DNA of 63,888 nucleotides, counting the filler, from Peribolospora baueri (lineage: Eukaryota), in assembly GCA_029717555.1 (NCBI GenBank). It is 4 parts of 4 records of this genome, joined end to end, with 100 filler letters (N's around TTAATTAATTAA, not from the genome) between each part and the next. Parts side by side here need not be neighbours in the genome. Positions count along the whole stretch, not along the records: positions 61,388 to 63,888 come from JAMDHS010000223.1; 3 more parts are not named here. One strand, given 5' to 3'. The translations under genes and the position numbers were made by a program. The notes under the pieces were generated by a model. That model was not told where the DNA came from, did no database searches, and worked only from the letters and a program-made list of their open reading frames with translations. Within the stretch, counting starts at the first letter, position 1, and each line of letters opens with the position of its first letter. This document shows, one piece after another, positions 62,352 to 63,888 of the stretch.

Positions 62352-62977
62352 GTTTCGTCAGCTTGTTCGCATTTATCTCGGTCAGTGCGGCTCCTAAATG
62401 AAAATCCTCAGCGTCTTCATGCTGTTTTGTTGCAGCAACATGTGCACGTTCGGCATCTTTGTTTCCTGCTCTTTGAGCTGCTTCGGCTGCGCTCCAGCTT
62501 CTGTTTCCTGCTCTTTGAGCTGCTAGGGCATCAGCCGTATGTTGATTTATCTTGGCTTGACTGGCTTTAGCGGTGTCCAAAGGCGGGCCGTTGCGGGCTG
62601 AGAGCTTGATTGGTGAAATATTCATGCCCTGAACCTTGCTTTGTACGTACGCCTCGTGGTCGGGATCCTCGGTGTCGTGGGGCATACGCGAAAGCATGGT
62701 GTTCCGCTTACCCGTGGGATGGACGCCATCGTATACGTCTCGGTTCACGATGGGACCAGGGCCCCATTCCGCAAGTAGCCCGCGCCCCTCTAGGTCATCT
62801 GAGTCGAGCGGGCCAAGCGGCGAGGTTCAGCCACGCGCCTCGACAGGGATGGATCGAACGAACCCAGACGGACGGTGGTCGAAACTCACCGGCATGGGTC
62901 ACGGGGACGGGAGCGGCCGAGACAGTGGAGGCGAAGATGAGGGAGAGAGCGGTGGTGAAGAAGACGTGGGACTTCAT
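62344..62977 (-). pseudogene. Secreted effector-like gene, apparently frameshifted and 3'-truncated
   Basis: TATAAAT at about 63225-63231. Signal peptide MKSHVFFTTALSLIFASTVSAAP, intron 62799-62889, DDLEGR propeptide, early TGA at 62745-62747. A shifted frame stays open for about 135 aa and stops inside the telomeric repeat. Confidence 0.6.
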
Positions 62978-63888
62978 GATAGCGGCGGAGAGCTAGAAAT
63001 TCGGTGAAGAGAAAAGACGTGCGAATCGTATGGGAATCGATCGAGAAAGAGTAGTCCAAAAGTCGCACCAGGCGATGGAGAAGGCGAACGCAAGGAGTTC
63101 AAGCAAAGGGAAAGTGAGGCAAAGGAGGCACCTGGCCTGGAAGAAGGAAAGAAGCGACGGTGATGGTTGGTAAATGCGGGCGACAAGGTGAGGGGCAGGA
63201 GGGCACAAAGTCGCCGCTTGCATATATTTATACTTTGTGCCGAACGGCTCGACAAGAAGCGTGAGAGAGGCTTGACGTCTACGTATGTCCCTGGGAACGC
63301 CTAATCGATGATGTTGCGACTGGAGGCGCCTGGAAAAACAGCCGCTGCGCCGCTTCCTCCGGCCCGGGCAGCTCATTGCGCATGGGCGTCGTATCAGGGT
63401 ACGGCAGCCCTTAGACCATGCATACATGTATACTTGCGTTGGCACGGAAGTGGACGGGGAAGCGGACGGGTGAAGGCAAGGTCGTTTTGGGGCTGTCACG
63501 CTGGTTCGGGTAAGGCTTAGGACACGCCAAAACGGCTAGATCAGACGCCCACCAACCCCAACCATTCCCAGGCGGAAGCAAAGAGGAACAAGAACAGAGC
63601 CAAAGAGAAGGGTGGAAAAAAGGTATCATAGGACAAGGGACGGCTAGAAAGAACCGTGACACGAAGGAAGGGAACAAAAGGAATTGGCACCGACGCGCCA
63701 CAACGGAAATTCTCTTCACTTCCGCTCGACCTCCTTCGCTGCCTCGAGAGCGCGGAATCTGTCGCGGTGGGGCCGGTCGAATGCCGCATTCAGATTCGAC
63801 TCCTACGACTGACGCCTGATGGCCAAAAGGTACCAGTCGTGGAGGGGAGTTGGGATGGTCAGCTTTCACCTTGTTCTATTGTTCCCGA

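Overview
Eukaryotic, GC-rich, intron-rich and gene-dense fungal DNA. The gene set and intron style point to a basidiomycete. The window is four draft contigs joined by artificial 100-bp linkers (N44-TTAATTAATTAA-N44) at 21742-21841, 43403-43502 and 61288-61387, so adjacency across linkers is meaningless. Most short entries in the ORF track are shadow ORFs, and I rebuilt the genes by hand from splice signals. Contig 1: ERG5 3' end, THO1, a kynurenine-formamidase-like hydrolase, a 2322-aa intronless low-complexity/coiled-coil protein, UPS1, RIC1 and a Gly-rich secreted protein. Contig 2: RSA3, an orphan ORF, NAT3, a type I membrane protein, LSM4, a MetR/Cys3-type bZIP, a JTB-like protein, URM1, SNX3, an RLRGG/Cys-rich microprotein, a p24 protein, RAB4 and a P450 3' end. 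Contig 3: a GT2 glycosyltransferase, a decayed MFS pseudogene, an LssY_C-like secreted protein, a YbjQ/UPF0145 gene with a solo LTR in its promoter, ESS1, DUT1 and a DHA1 MFS transporter. Contig 4 start: a related LTR and the 3' end of an endonuclease-less Penelope-like (Coprina-type) retroelement, joined through (CCCTAA)3 to a broken secreted-protein gene. This looks like a fossil chromosome break healed by telomere addition and retroelement capture. I see no clearly novel multi-gene system. The best leads are this junction, the RLRGG-Cys microprotein, a candidate poison exon in LSM4 and the fungal JTB-like gene. All family calls are by motif recognition, not database search.
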